The translations under genes and the position numbers were made by a program. The notes below the pieces were generated by a model. It saw only the letters and a list, made by a program, of their open reading frames with translations. It had not been told where the DNA came from and did not search any database. Source: Pelomyxa schiedti (taxonomy: Eukaryota > Protista > Evosea). From it: a DNA stretch of 64,000 nucleotides. The stretch is from positions 36,639 through 100,638 of the forward strand of contig JAHLWZ010000116.1 of assembly GCA_020536535.1 (NCBI GenBank), in the 5' to 3' direction. Shown one piece after another: positions 30,373-43,082 of the stretch; the first letter of the stretch is position 1; each line of letters begins with the position of its first letter.

Positions 30373-33364
30373 ATGAAGACTAGCGGTGACGAGCCAAAAG
30401 GCGGCGAGGATGCAACACCTACCGCAACACCGGGACCTACAGACAACGCAAACCAACAAGGTAGATCTGAACAACCCAGCACAGCATTTATCGAAGTGGC
30501 AGGTTAGAGACGAATTCGTCTTTTTTATTATTATTATTATATTTCACATGTTGTAAGTATGAGGTTTTTTTTTCTCTTTGGTATATTGGGTTTTAGTTTA
30601 CGGGAGTTAGGGGACAACAAGGGAGGTGATGAAACTGTCGAGGCGCCGGCGATGTCTCCTCCTACGTTCCCGGGTAATGTTGCAAACCAAATAATACTAC
30701 TACCAATGAGAATACATACAGTACAAGAAATTATCCATAATGTGGGGGGAAAACCTAATACTTAAACCTATGACAACATGTTAACTTCACAGCCTAGAAC
30801 TGGACTCAACCTTGTTTGGAGCAGACGCACTCAAATTTACTGTAACAGCTTTATTAATATCAAGAAACAATTCTAAATCCAAACAGCTCGACTCGGCACA
30901 TGAAGAACACTCAGAGATAATTAGTGCACCTTTGGAACTTTCTACCTCTCCTCCTGCTGCAAGAATTCGTTTAACCCCCTTTTCCGCCTTGACCCATGAC
31001 CAAGTACATACATGTGTGCCACTCAAGGCTAATTTTCTCTCGTACAACAGGGTTTCTGTCAGTTTTCTTTGGACCTAAAAAATGCGATCAGTCCTTCAAT
31101 TGAAAGTGACAGTTGTGACCTGAAGGGTGGCATATATGAACAGCAAACTTCCAACACAAGCTGCAGTAACTCGAACTTGGACATCATAAGCTCTTCTCTC
31201 AACCAAGCACCTTCTTCTGGCCTGTTTGACTCCATTAACACAACAATCAGTGGTGGACCCATTGTCTTCCCCAACCCCCTTTTGGGGGTACCTGGACTTG
31301 GAAATGTCTTGAACAGTGTTGATGGACTGCCAAATTCTGTGTTCAGTGCCTTTGCTCTTCAAAACCCTTGTTCATTAGAGACGGGAACAATAGAAAATTC
31401 CACAAGGAATGTCCTTGATGGAAAGACGTTGCTGGAGAACTGCTCCTTCCCCTCATTGTTCACACAGCAAGTTCAAAATGGCATTGACACCGTACCGGCG
31501 CTGATGGAAAAAAGTACAGTAGATACTGAATTGCAAGGAAGTGATGTATATGCTCGAACTCTGGACAATACCACCTTTGCTGGCTTAGCTGTAATCAGTG
31601 AAAATTCCAATCAGAATGGTGAGATCCAAGCTGCTTTGGATGGCGTTGTGTTCAAAAGCAAACCGTACCCAGAGGCGAACCCTTTCATACAACAGAACGT
31701 TAAAATTCCATCACTGTCTGACACTGCATTGGAGGGCAGCACATCTGAGGTTGTGTTCATGTGGATTGACACCTTCAGCTTTCCAACTAATATTTTTCTC
31801 TTCCTTTCCTTTCGTGGTGCATTATTTTAACAGCTTGAGCCTAGTTCGACTGAACCAGCTTCAATACAATCTTCATCTGTGGCACCTGCAAAACACCGCA
31901 GTTGGGCATCAGTGCTTTCCACGAATGCTGAAAGCACGCCACCGCCAACCCGGACTGTTCCTTCAACAAAGCCACAAAGTAATCGGAAACAGAAACAAAA
32001 AAATCAGCAGACAGCGCCCCTACCGCAGGTGCAGCAGCCACCACAGATATCACAACCACAGCCAGCCCAAACACAACCACAACCGCCAAAGAAATCTAAG
32101 CACAAGCACAAAAAATCAACAAAATCTGATGTTACTGGAGATCCATCTACAACACCCGAAACTTCCCCCGTGAAATCAACGGCAGCAGTTACAAGTAGTG
32201 CAACTACCTCTCAGACTCCATCCTGGCCAACCGCACCGGCACAGCCAATTTCACCGTCCCCCTTACCGGCTTCTCCAGCAATTCGGATGACAACATTACC
32301 TGTCTCGCTTCCAAACCCAATGACGATTGACTGCAACCCAACTTCAGCTCGATTCTTTGTGATTAAGTCTTTTTCTGAAGATGATATCCACAAATCAATC
32401 AAGTATGAAATCTGGGCCAGCACAGATACAGGAAATGCACGGCTCGATTGCGCCTACAAAGAAAGTAGCTTGTTGGGACCCATTTACCTCATGTTCAGTG
32501 TAAGTTCTACGAATGCAGAACCACTCTAAATATTCAACGCCGACCAGGTGAATGGAAGTGGACAATTCTGCGGTGTTGCAAAAATGACCTCACCTGTAGA
32601 TTACACTACTAGGGCCCAATGCTGGCAACAGGTTTGTATTGCATTCACTTTTCACAACTGAGTTTTTTAAGGTCGGCAAGTGGAAAGGGAAGTTCTCTGT
32701 CAAATGGATATTGATAAAAGATGTGCCCAATGCACTTTTCCGGCATCTTACCATCACCACAATGGACAACGAAATAAAACCAGTCACCAACAGCCGAGAC
32801 ACCCAGGAGGTATAATCTATATACCTCCCTACTGATTTTTAACAGTCTTTTCAGGTTCCGTTACCCTATGGTTGTGAAATGCTGCGCATCTTCGTCGCTT
32901 TCAAAAGCCGAAGGTCTCTCCTTGATGACTTTGAGTGGTATGAACAAAAACAACAGCAAGAAACGGAGCTTCAGCAGCAGCAACAAAAAAGCGCCCTACC
33001 TACCACTCCGGCGGCTACAGCAACAGCGACAGTGGCAACAACACCCCAATTAGGAATTCCCCAAATGCCGTATATCTACAACGGCATGAACCGAGCAATG
33101 CCCCCGGTAATGGGGATTCCATACCAGCAACAACCCCAAATGGTTGTTGCAGTGCCAAGTGCACTTATGCCCACCGTCATTAGCCCCCAGACACAGCCGG
33201 CTTCAAAGCCGGTAACCCCCCCGCCAACAACAACCACCACAACAACAAAGTCCGGACTAGGGGTGGTTATTATGAAGCAGCAGCCTGCAGTAAGTTCTAC
33301 TGTCTCCTCGCCAACAAGCACAAACAGTAGCAGTACGCGGCAATCCAAGAAAAAAAGGAGGTAA
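30373..33364 (+). CDS. YTH-domain m6A reader (YTHDF/ECT type)
   Basis: [61 protein letters not shown] and [10 protein letters not shown]; low-complexity N-terminus. Confidence 0.95.
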
Positions 33365-33505
33365 GCATGACCAAGGGGGCCATTCACACAAATAAATTTA
33401 ATGTTTTTAAAAACACCCTTCGACATTTTCCTCCTTGTGATAAATTAATGGGTAGTTACCTTTGGTGTTGGCACTATTTTTTTCATATTTTTTACAACTT
33501 TGTCG

Positions 33506-35644
33506 ATGACGCAGCGGGCCGAGTACCACAACCGAGTTGTGTGGTTGTCGAGGCTATTGTGGGACAACGTGGTCCCGTGGCTTGTCGTGTCGCCCACCGA
33601 CTACGACGACGGTGATGATGATCCCACAATTTCGAGTGAGGACAGTGTGACGCTGATGAGTGTCGGCGAGGGCCTCTTCCCTCTCGTGCCCCACATGTGC
33701 CGCCTGGCTCTTGCCCACGACACCAAGTACTACAACGCACTCGAAGCGGCGGCAGAGGCCGGAGCCCAGTCCTGCCTCAACTGGCTCATCGCGAACCACA
33801 CCAACAACAAACTCAGCACCGCCTGCACAATTGTGAACTGCCTCGGGGAGAGGGAGAGCCAGAGGAACGAGACCAAGGAGTTTATCCACGTCCTTGGGGG
33901 CCTGTGCCGTGGTGGCCACCTGGACACCGCAACAAGGCTCGTGGACTGCTGCTGCGCCTGCGGTGGTGGTGGTGGTGGCGGCGGCGGCGGCTGGCCAAGC
34001 GATGATGGGATCACGTGGGGTGGCACTGGGGGATACATTGTCGAGCACGTGAAGGCGGAGAATATCATTTCTGACGTCTGCGGGCGGGGTCACTTGGATG
34101 TGGTGAAGTGGATGGTCGCCAGGTTTGGGTACATGGACCGCCCTTGGGAGCTGTACCGGCCACTGTCGGCCGCGCTTTCAAAGGGGAGGCTGGAAGTGGC
34201 CAAGTGGATTGTGGGATCGATTGATCCGCAAAGTTTGAAAAAGTACTTCTCTGGGAGAGCTCGGATGATCCATGGCTCGGCATGTCGGAGTGGAAACGTG
34301 GAAGCTGCAAAGTGGGTGCTTGACATGTTTCCTTTGGAAAATACAATCACTGGAGGCACCTTTTTCAGTTACGTCAGAGAAAATTGCACTGCTGTGTGTG
34401 AGTGCCTCAAAGAGCACGTTTCGCTTCCATTTAATCCTGGTGACATTGATTCCATCCCAAATGCAGAGGTACTCAGGTGGACAACTTCCGCATTTCCTTC
34501 ATTCAAGATCACCGGCGAAATCGTTCAGACGGTTTGCCCCAAAGAAGGTGGACTTGATCTGCTGAAGTGGGCCGTTGAGGAGCACTCAGTCACACCAACA
34601 CCAGCAGCGTTCCGTGCAGCCTGCAAAAACCGAACCGAAAATTTGGAGGTGATGAAGTGGCTGTCAACAAAGGTGAGTCTTTCACCAGAGGATGCCTGCG
34701 AGTGTTTCGCCATTTCACTGGCCAACAACAACATCACCACTGCGTGTTGGTTGGATGAGTCTTTCGGCATCATGAAACATGCCACAACCACTCCGTTTGG
34801 AGCAGGTTCAGTCCTTGTGAGGGTGTGCAAACACATCACACAGGAAAGAAGAACAGAGGGTGTAAAATGGATTCTGAATCATCCAGGGATGTCAAGGGTG
34901 GAAGAGAGGCTGATTGTGAAAGCTGTGAGGCTCCTCGTGTTGAAAAAGAATTTGTCAGCAACACCACTCCTCATCATTGAGAAGTTCCCCATCATCAGTG
35001 AACCAACACGCACTGAGCTCCTCATTGGTGTACTGAATGAAAGTGTTCAAGGTGACACCATTACACAAGTCAAGAAGGTGATTTCGATGGGTGAATTCAC
35101 AAAGGAGGCTGTTGCACAGTGCCTTGCAAACCCCGAGTTGATTCTGTTCGCGTCAATGAAAGCACTCAAGTGGTTGATCACACACTTCCAACTCGAAAGA
35201 GAGCACATCACACTCAACAACAACACATTGCTTCAAAACCTCCTGACACATAGAAAGGCCAGTTGTGCTGAGCGGCTCATCAACAGATTCCACATCACCT
35301 TGGACGAGGTGTAATTCTCCCCCCTCCCCTATTCATTTTATGCTGAGTATCTTTCTTTTGTGCAACAGGTGCTGCTGCTGAACTGGGAGCCATCTCCCTT
35401 CACCGAGTCTGACCTGTTCACATGGCGGATGATGCTGAGGGTGTTCCCAGGGATCACATCAGCAACTGTGAAACAGCACTTGATGTGTTTTGTTACGCGC
35501 GCACCAGTCATTGCACAGTTCACGATGAGGGTGTTCCCTGACATCACAACACGTGACATTGCTGATTACTGGTCAAAATGGAGGCCTTTGAAGAGGCCTC
35601 TAAGCATCCGCAATTGGCTTGGTGATGCCTTCCCAAACCTCTGA
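33506..35644 (+). CDS. Degenerate ankyrin-repeat protein (GHLDVVKWM-type repeats), one intron 35309-35368
   Basis: Repeats LCRGGHLDTA, VCGRGHLDVVKWM, ALSKGRLEVAKWI, ACRSGNVEAAKWV and NLEVMKWL; 1.8-kb first exon. Confidence 0.8.
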
Positions 35645-35733
35645 AACATCACCATCAAAAAAACGGAGATATCATCTTCTACAATCTAACAATTTCTGCT
35701 GCATCGGAATTTTCCCACAACCTTCTTTTTCAT

Positions 35734-35819
35734 GATGACGCAGCGGGCCGAGTACCACAACCGAGTTGTGTGGTTGTCGAGGCTATTGTGGGACAACGTG
35801 GTCGTGTCACCAACCGACT
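35734..35819 (+). repeat. Direct repeat of the first codons of the ankyrin-like gene (truncated duplicate)
   Basis: 35734-35803 is identical (70 nt) to 33505-33574, followed by a 12-nt deletion and ~16 further similar nt. Confidence 0.95.
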
Positions 35820-35914
35820 TTTTTCTCATTTGACTGGCACCGGTACAAGGACAACAACATCGCAGAACCACTTTGACAAAGTATTTTCCGGAAAGGTAAA
35901 AATACCAACTACTA

Positions 35915-38900
35915 TTAAACATACATTCCCTCCCATGCATCCCTTGTGACTTTGTCTGGGGAGGTCTTTGCGCATACAAGGTTGTCTTTGGCTGCAGATA
36001 CGCACTTTTTGTGTACAATCAACTTGCAAACTGTAAACCAGTTAATTGGAAATAAAAATCGCGTGTCGCGGTATGACAATTTAGTGTATTATTATCTATT
36101 AGTAGGTGGTGAATTACCTTGACAAACTTCAGCCTTCTTGTTGAATACACCCAGAGACTCATTGCAGTACTGACACACGCCCTTTCCTGTTGGCTCACCA
36201 GGAGCAAACAGGTGCAATGTAGGAGCCCTACTGGGCATCACTCCATACAGAAGCCTCTTGCATTCTTCTTGGTGCTTCTCTACTGCCATTCTGAGGCAGT
36301 CCCGGCCAAGGAATTCCTTCAGGGTGAGGTTCACTTGCGGTGCTATGATCAGGTATCTAGGAGGAGAGTGAAAATGAATATAAGCTACTGTCACAGTGTA
36401 AGGTGGATTTGTGGATTTTGTGAACCTGAGCAAGTCAACATGCCCATTTGCCGATGCCCAGTGGATTGGTCTCCAGCCTTGTGTATCTCCGCGATTTACA
36501 TCCATACCTTTGGGTTTGACTTTAGTTATAGGTAATGGAAGTTTGCTGCGTACCCATTTTTTCAATCAGGTATCGGACGATGTTGGTGGAACCATGCATT
36601 GACGCAAATAAAAGGGGATCCAATGGGCCGTGCCTTAAATGGTTGTTAATTTTGGGAATTCAAGAGAACAAGGAACCAACATACTTTCCTACGGGAGAAG
36701 GAGGGCTGTATATTTTTGTGAAATCGATTGGGTTGGCACTTATAACCTACGGGAAAAAAATGTGAATTGGTAGTCCTATAGGATAGTGTAAAAGGCTAAG
36801 TACATACTTTGATTACACCGGGCAAGTCATTGGAAGTGATACACGAGAAAATTTGGTTGGGGGTGATTACTGGATCAGGTTTAGCAGAAGCTCTGCTTGG
36901 TGTTTTGGATGCCCTTGTGGATGTATTGGTTGTGGCTGTGGATGTTGGGCGCAGGGCTGCTGCCGTTGACACTCTGGGTGCTGTGGATTGCGTGGAATTT
37001 TGTGTTGTTGTTGTGGGTGGTGGGTTTGGTGTTGGTTCAGGTGCTTCCTGAGGTTGTGAGGTCTCGGAAGTGCTGGAATTCTGATCGCTGGGTGTAGTCA
37101 AAACAAGTTTTGTGCTGGGATGTACAACGGCAGGGCTTGGGATTGCCATCGACCGTGGTTTGGAAGCTGCTATCCAGCCTGTCTTTGGGGGAGTTGGGGA
37201 TGGCTTGGATGTGGTGTCTGGTGTTGTTGGTGATGTGGTGACAGCTTGGGTCAATGGCTGTTGATTGGTTTTATCACTGTCATGTTTGCCGTGTTTATGG
37301 TGGTGCTTGTGTTCTTTCTTCTGTTGTTCCTGTTGCTGTTGCTGTACCTGTTGTTGCATGCGAGTGGACACGGGATTGTCCACAAATTCAAGTAACCGGA
37401 CCATGTCACGTACAAGTAAATCACTTTCATCTTGCCCATTTTCAATGTTGGGTGAATCACCACAACTGGAACGTATAACAGATTCAAATTCACGCCCCCG
37501 AACATCTGCAAAGGTGAGGAGAATGTCACGGATCCTCACAGAGAATCCGACACTCAGCAAAGAGTCACACAGTTCCCTGTTGTGCTCAAGTCAATAAATA
37601 GTAATACTAGTATTTCTTCAGAGTATATGTACCGGCATGTTCTATCTGGAACAAAAGATCTTGCTGCTGCAAAAGCGCACTCTCGAGCACGCAGACGAGA
37701 CAGATATAGCAATAGAGGGCCCATTCCCGTGCATTGAGATACTACACCTCTAACAACAACTTCCCAAGCAGCTTTGTCTCGGGAATACAGGGCACTTCCT
37801 CGTATTACAGCAATGTCTGTCACCACCCGTTTCCTTGGCTTTTTTTTATATGTTGCAAGGAGATCCGCTAGCATATTGGCTCTGGTCCGTCTTTCTCTTT
37901 CTGGTGGAGTGTCAGTTACATTGCTGGGAAAAAAAGATCTACCTTCAGTTCTTTTCTTTAGAAGGTTTTCTGTGTCCACGTGTTTGAGTTTAAGTATAGT
38001 TGGGTCATCGTGGTATTGCTTCAATTCGGAAAGAAGTCTCAATTGGAATTGCGTTGGTGATGCATGAGTACGAGGCCGGCGGACTTTGGTCTTTGGCAAC
38101 GTTGCTGCTCTTTCAGGGAGGTTGTCAATAACCATCTAAAATAATTTAGTTGGTAAATAAAAGATGGCTTTGGATACCTGAAGCAAGGTCGTTTTGGAAT
38201 CCTGCAAAAGTTTCACTAACAAAATCATCAACTCCTCCTTGGTTAGCATTTGGAGAAGGGTAACATCGTCAACGGAGTCTGAAAGAAGATATATTAGTCA
38301 TTTCCTGATTTGTATTTGTCCAACATATTTCTTCTTCGGCGTCATCTTCCACAGGGATCAGTTCAACATTTAAACTGATTACTTCTCCTCTAATAGGAAT
38401 GAGACGTGTAGATGAGTGACTGCAATTTGAACCTTGAGTGTTCTATGGCATCTTGAATTTCCTTCATGGTCTTGATTGGTGTTTCACCTTGGGAGACATT
38501 TTTTACACCGCTACCCACATAGCAAAATGCTTCACCAAGCAGTTTGAACAGCTTTTCTTTGGTCATTTTAGACACATTTTCAAGCTGTTGTTGATGTCAT
38601 TTCCCTACGGAAGTAGTGGAAATACCAACCTTGACCATCCTAACCAGCTTTTCATTACTAACATCTGCTGTGCATTTGGCCCAGCCAGTGGTAGTTGAAG
38701 AACCTGGTGCAGGGTTTGGGGCGGCCGCCGCGGTTCCTGTAGCTGTATTTATGAGTGCTATTAATCTTACAACAGAGGAGTTTACATTGAGAAGAAGACT
38801 TCCAACTTGCAATTAGTTGCATTAGAGGTGGGACAACAGGGCTCTTGGGCATCAGAACATTGCTGTGCATTCTAAGGGTCTGTAATATGTAAGTACGAGA

Positions 38901-41548
38901 ATGGTGCTATGAAGAACCTTTAATTCTTGTACGAGTCCAAAACTCTCCAGCCCACCGCGGACAACAGGATGATTGCATGCCTTGGAACAAATTTCGATAG
39001 CCTGTGAAATAATTAAACGATTGGTTGTGAGAGTCAGCAACCTTAATTTGAGTTTCAGGGTTGTCACTCGAAAGTGCCTCAATGACAGGGCCCAGCCCTC
39101 CAGATTCCATAAGCTCGACCTGGAAACTCTTAGGGAAAAAGGAGAATGCAATCTTGGATACTTGACACTCGGGAGTGCCCATTAGCGCCAATATGACTCC
39201 TAAGCAAGCATCTTTCAAAGTGGGAGGTCCGACAACGACGATTCGGGCAAGTTGTTGAATAACTCCTTGGCCAACCGGAGAAACACCTTCAGGGGCCACT
39301 GCAAGATGTCTCAGAGTCTCTATTACATTGCCCTACTTCGATTAGTTGCAGGTTAAAATTTCAAAAAAACGGAACCAAAATAGTCTCTTCAGCACAGGAG
39401 GACAGTATGGACTTCAGTTGCCCAAAAGATGGATCAGCTGCTGCCAGTGCTGCACAGCCATCACTATTCTGTGTAACTTGTGCCAAAACTTTCGTGGCTG
39501 GTTCTAGAACCTCCGTAAAGACAGATTCTAGCATTGTTACAACAACAGAAATCCCATGTGCCTAAAAGGGGTAAGGTGGTAAGGTGACGGTCGTCTTACA
39601 GCAAGTAGTTGCTCTCTGAGTTTCTCAGATTCGGCAATTGGTGCAACAAATCGAACTGCCAGTAGTCGATTTGTCGTGCCAAGCTTTGGCACATAAGTGT
39701 GAAGCTTGACGAATCCTTCTATCCCTATTACATCTAGCACCTGAGAGTACTTAATATTCTTGAGGTTACTTCAATGTTAGTTGCCTTGGTTTCTGCATTC
39801 AAAATTCCCCAAAGGAGGGTTGCAGCCATTTGGGAGACCTTCCCAAAAGTGTCAGAAAGAGTAACAATTGACAGGAGTAATCTCATACTGCCGTGCCTGT
39901 TTCAGGAAAAATTAATTGTTACTCTTCCTTTCAACCAATTACCGTTGAAGTAAAATGTCGCGGTTAGAAGCTTTATTGCTTAGCTTTAGGAGTATACCAA
40001 AGACTTTTTCAGTGATCTCCAGATTCCAATAGAATGTATCAAAATTCTCTTTATGCAGTTGAGAACCTCTTGTGAGTTGAAAGGTCACAAACCAACAGGC
40101 ACTGGCTCCAGGTAATTTGTTAAAAGCTCGATAGCGTGGCTTTCAACCAAAAAGTGTTCAACTGCAGGAATCGATACCAGTCTGGCCAAAATTTCCAAGG
40201 TATCTATCTGGCATCGTACATTCTTTGTTCCAAGTGAGAACGGGAAAAAAAAGCAAGTGATGCCAACCTGTGGTTGGGAATTGGAGTTTGGAGGGTACAC
40301 TTCATCTCTCACAAGGAGCTTAAGAAGATGCCCTACATGCGTTATGTTAAAGTACTTCATTCCAGCAGAACATCTGCAAGTGTAATGTGAGAAGACTTTC
40401 CTTTCCGGATGGTAAAACCTGACAAGGTTGGATAACAAGGAAATTGCATGTGGCTGAAAAATTGGAGCAGGTAAAACTGTGAACATTACCTCCACGGCAT
40501 TCAAACTCACAATTAGTTCCTATTCGCACCTGAGATAAGACATCTCCACTTGGAGAAATATACTTGAATTTTTTTATGCTCCATTGACAGGAGGGATAGG
40601 ACTTCAGTAGCGAGAGCTGCTATGTCCTGAACTTCATCTGCCACTTTTGAGAAAACTGCCTGAACACCACCATACTGAAAAATTATTTGTGTATTCAAGT
40701 AGTGCCGAGAAAGGTTCTGAAGATGTTTAAAACTAATAAAGCCTAACAAGAGATATACTCGCAGAATGTGCAAAGTGATGAATGCAGTACTTGGTAGAGG
40801 AGAACTGAGAAACGGTAAAATTAAAGGAATTCCACCTAGAAGGAGTTTAGGCATAATCTAATAGTAGTACGTACGCGTACCATTTTGTCTAATAGAATGC
40901 TCCTCATGAAGGGACACTTGAACTAACACTCTCAGTAGATATTCCTATGGAGGGAAACGGAATTGGATTGGGAAGAATGAGAAGAACAATAAGAACCTGA
41001 GCATCTGGAATCACTAGACATTCTAGAATTGAATTCAGTGCAAGTGCTTTTATGGTGTAAGGTTCAGAAGAAAGATATCAGATAAATACGGTTCTGATAA
41101 AGATATGAAATGATGCTCGAAGAATTCTTGCCAGTTTCGCATTCTGTGGCTAACTGATGGAACATAAGACAACTCAAGAAACCAAAAAAAAAAAAAGTTA
41201 ATTACCAGAGATGCAGCTCGTGTTTGTGGTTCAGGGTAATTGTCCAACGTGTGGTTATGGTTCAATGATAGCAATACATCTTCCAACGTCGTTGCTCTCT
41301 ATTATTGATTCACAAATTACTTAAGTAAAAGTAAATTGGTAAAAATCACTATTATTCCTCGACACAAATGTACTCTGTAGCAACAAAATCAAAAAAAGTG
41401 CCTGCGGGGAAGAAACAGAAGTCGAAGATTGAATTGGCGACGTCGTTTCGCCGTCGCTCTGCGTGGGTGATTCCTGCAGTTGCTCGGCGGTGGGTGACGT
41501 CATCGCGTCGTTTTGCGGGACACACCCCGAATTGGCACCAACGTCCAT
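35915..41548 (-). CDS. Large ARM-repeat / WH2-like / ankyrin / C1-domain protein (ends approximate)
   Basis: ARM-like helices (IFQYGGVQAVF, LMESGGLGPVIEAL); ankyrin DVNRGDTQGWRPIHWASANGHVDLLR; C1 domain HLF...VCQYCNESL...VCQ|VCKLIVHKKC...VC. Confidence 0.75.
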
Positions 41549-41861
41549 CGTCGTACTACTGACCTCGTCCTCAGTGCTCGTCGTTTCGAAACGCTCGTGT
41601 ACGTCGGCCGGCACTTCAATGAAGGAAAACCACTTTCTCTGAACCTGAGATCAACTCGTCGATCCGATTGCATTCAGGCCGAAAGGAGATCTGGGATTGA
41701 GCCCCTGTGCCACCCACTCTTCCAGCATATGACTGCCCTTAACTCCCGTCAAGCACAGGTATTTCGGTGACATTTCCTTCAGATTACAGGGGAATCCCTT
41801 TTCTGATCAATCGAACTTGGCTTGACAAGAACAAACATAATAAAAAAATTGGTGAGCGGAC

Positions 41862-42627
41862 ATGTCGCGTTGGACGCCATCTCGTTACGTCAGTACGTAT
41901 TCGTAGCGGAGATCTAGATCTCGTGTTGTGTTGCAGTGGTGTGCTGTTGTTGTAACTGAGTGTTTTTTCAGGGTACGGAAGGAAGGAAGACCGATACGAG
42001 TGGACACAGACACCGGATGAGGTCAGCGTAACAATAAAACTCCCAAGCAAAACTATGTCGGCGAGGGAACTCCTGGTGGAAATAAAGCCAACCGCCGTCA
42101 AGGTCATGGTGAAAGCTACCGGATTTATATTCCTCGAGGTTGGAATCATCTCTTCATTCTGCTCCTTACTTTTTGTAAATTCTAACTCACTCCTAAAGGG
42201 AGTACTTCACAGCACCATCGATGTTGATGGCAGCACTTGGACTAAACGTATATATTTATTCTCCCAAATAACTTCCGAATGTCCTAACATACATTATGCA
42301 GAGGACGATGTTGTAGAGCTGATGCTCGCAAAAGGAAACGCAACAAAGGGAGATGAAGAGGGACACTGGTGGCCGTGTGTGGTCAAAGGCGCAACCATAA
42401 TCGACGTGAAGCAAATCGAAGGTGCCAAATATCTTGATGACAGCATCCTCAAGAAGGTATTTCCAACTTAACCCCTTTACTGTATTGCACAGAACCTCCC
42501 AACCAACGTTTGTTTCTAGATTTGGGAAAGAGACCAACAGGCAGAAGCAGAAAAGGCAGCAGCCCCAGCAACAGGCACCCCATCACCCGCAACAACAACC
42601 AGCACAACCGCAACAAGTGACTCTTGA
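41862..42627 (+). CDS. NudC-like CS/p23 domain protein
   Basis: YEWTQTPDEVSVTI, LEGVLHSTIDVDGSTW, LMLAK and WWPCVVKG. Confidence 0.88.
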
Positions 42628-43082
42628 GTTCGCTTCATGCACAGTATTATCATCACACTACTTTTTGTTTGCTATGCCTGTTTAAAGCAACAACAAAAAA
42701 CTTTGTTGTATGAAAAGACGTGAATCATTACAAAAGTGCTTTTTATTTTTTTTTTTCCAGAACAAGGTAAATCGTTGTTTGCCTATGAGGGAAACTAGTA
42801 AGACAAAGGCTCGTGGGTGATGAAGAGCGTAAAGGGGTGTGAGTGCAAAGGGGAGAGCAATTGTGTGCTTGGGTGGGGACGCACCTGGTTTGTGTTTAAG
42901 TGCGAACAACCAGTACTTACACAAACCAGTTTTTTAATTACCGGCGATAATTTATATTATTGTAGAGGTTAATTATTGAGTGAGGGAATTGATTGGTAGA
43001 TGTGCTTATATACGAGAGTAGTGGCTGTGTTCCCACAAACGTACATTATTGAAAGAAAAAGTCGTACCCTTATGATTTCTGC

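Noticed and set aside
33554-34839. Long antisense ORFs over the ankyrin-like gene (and similarly over the Roco exon)
   Set aside because: Shadow ORFs of long GC-richer exons with no recognisable motifs.
39120-39175. Donor GTATCC resembling a U12 intron
   Set aside because: It continues AAG rather than TT and has no TCCTTAAC branch site.
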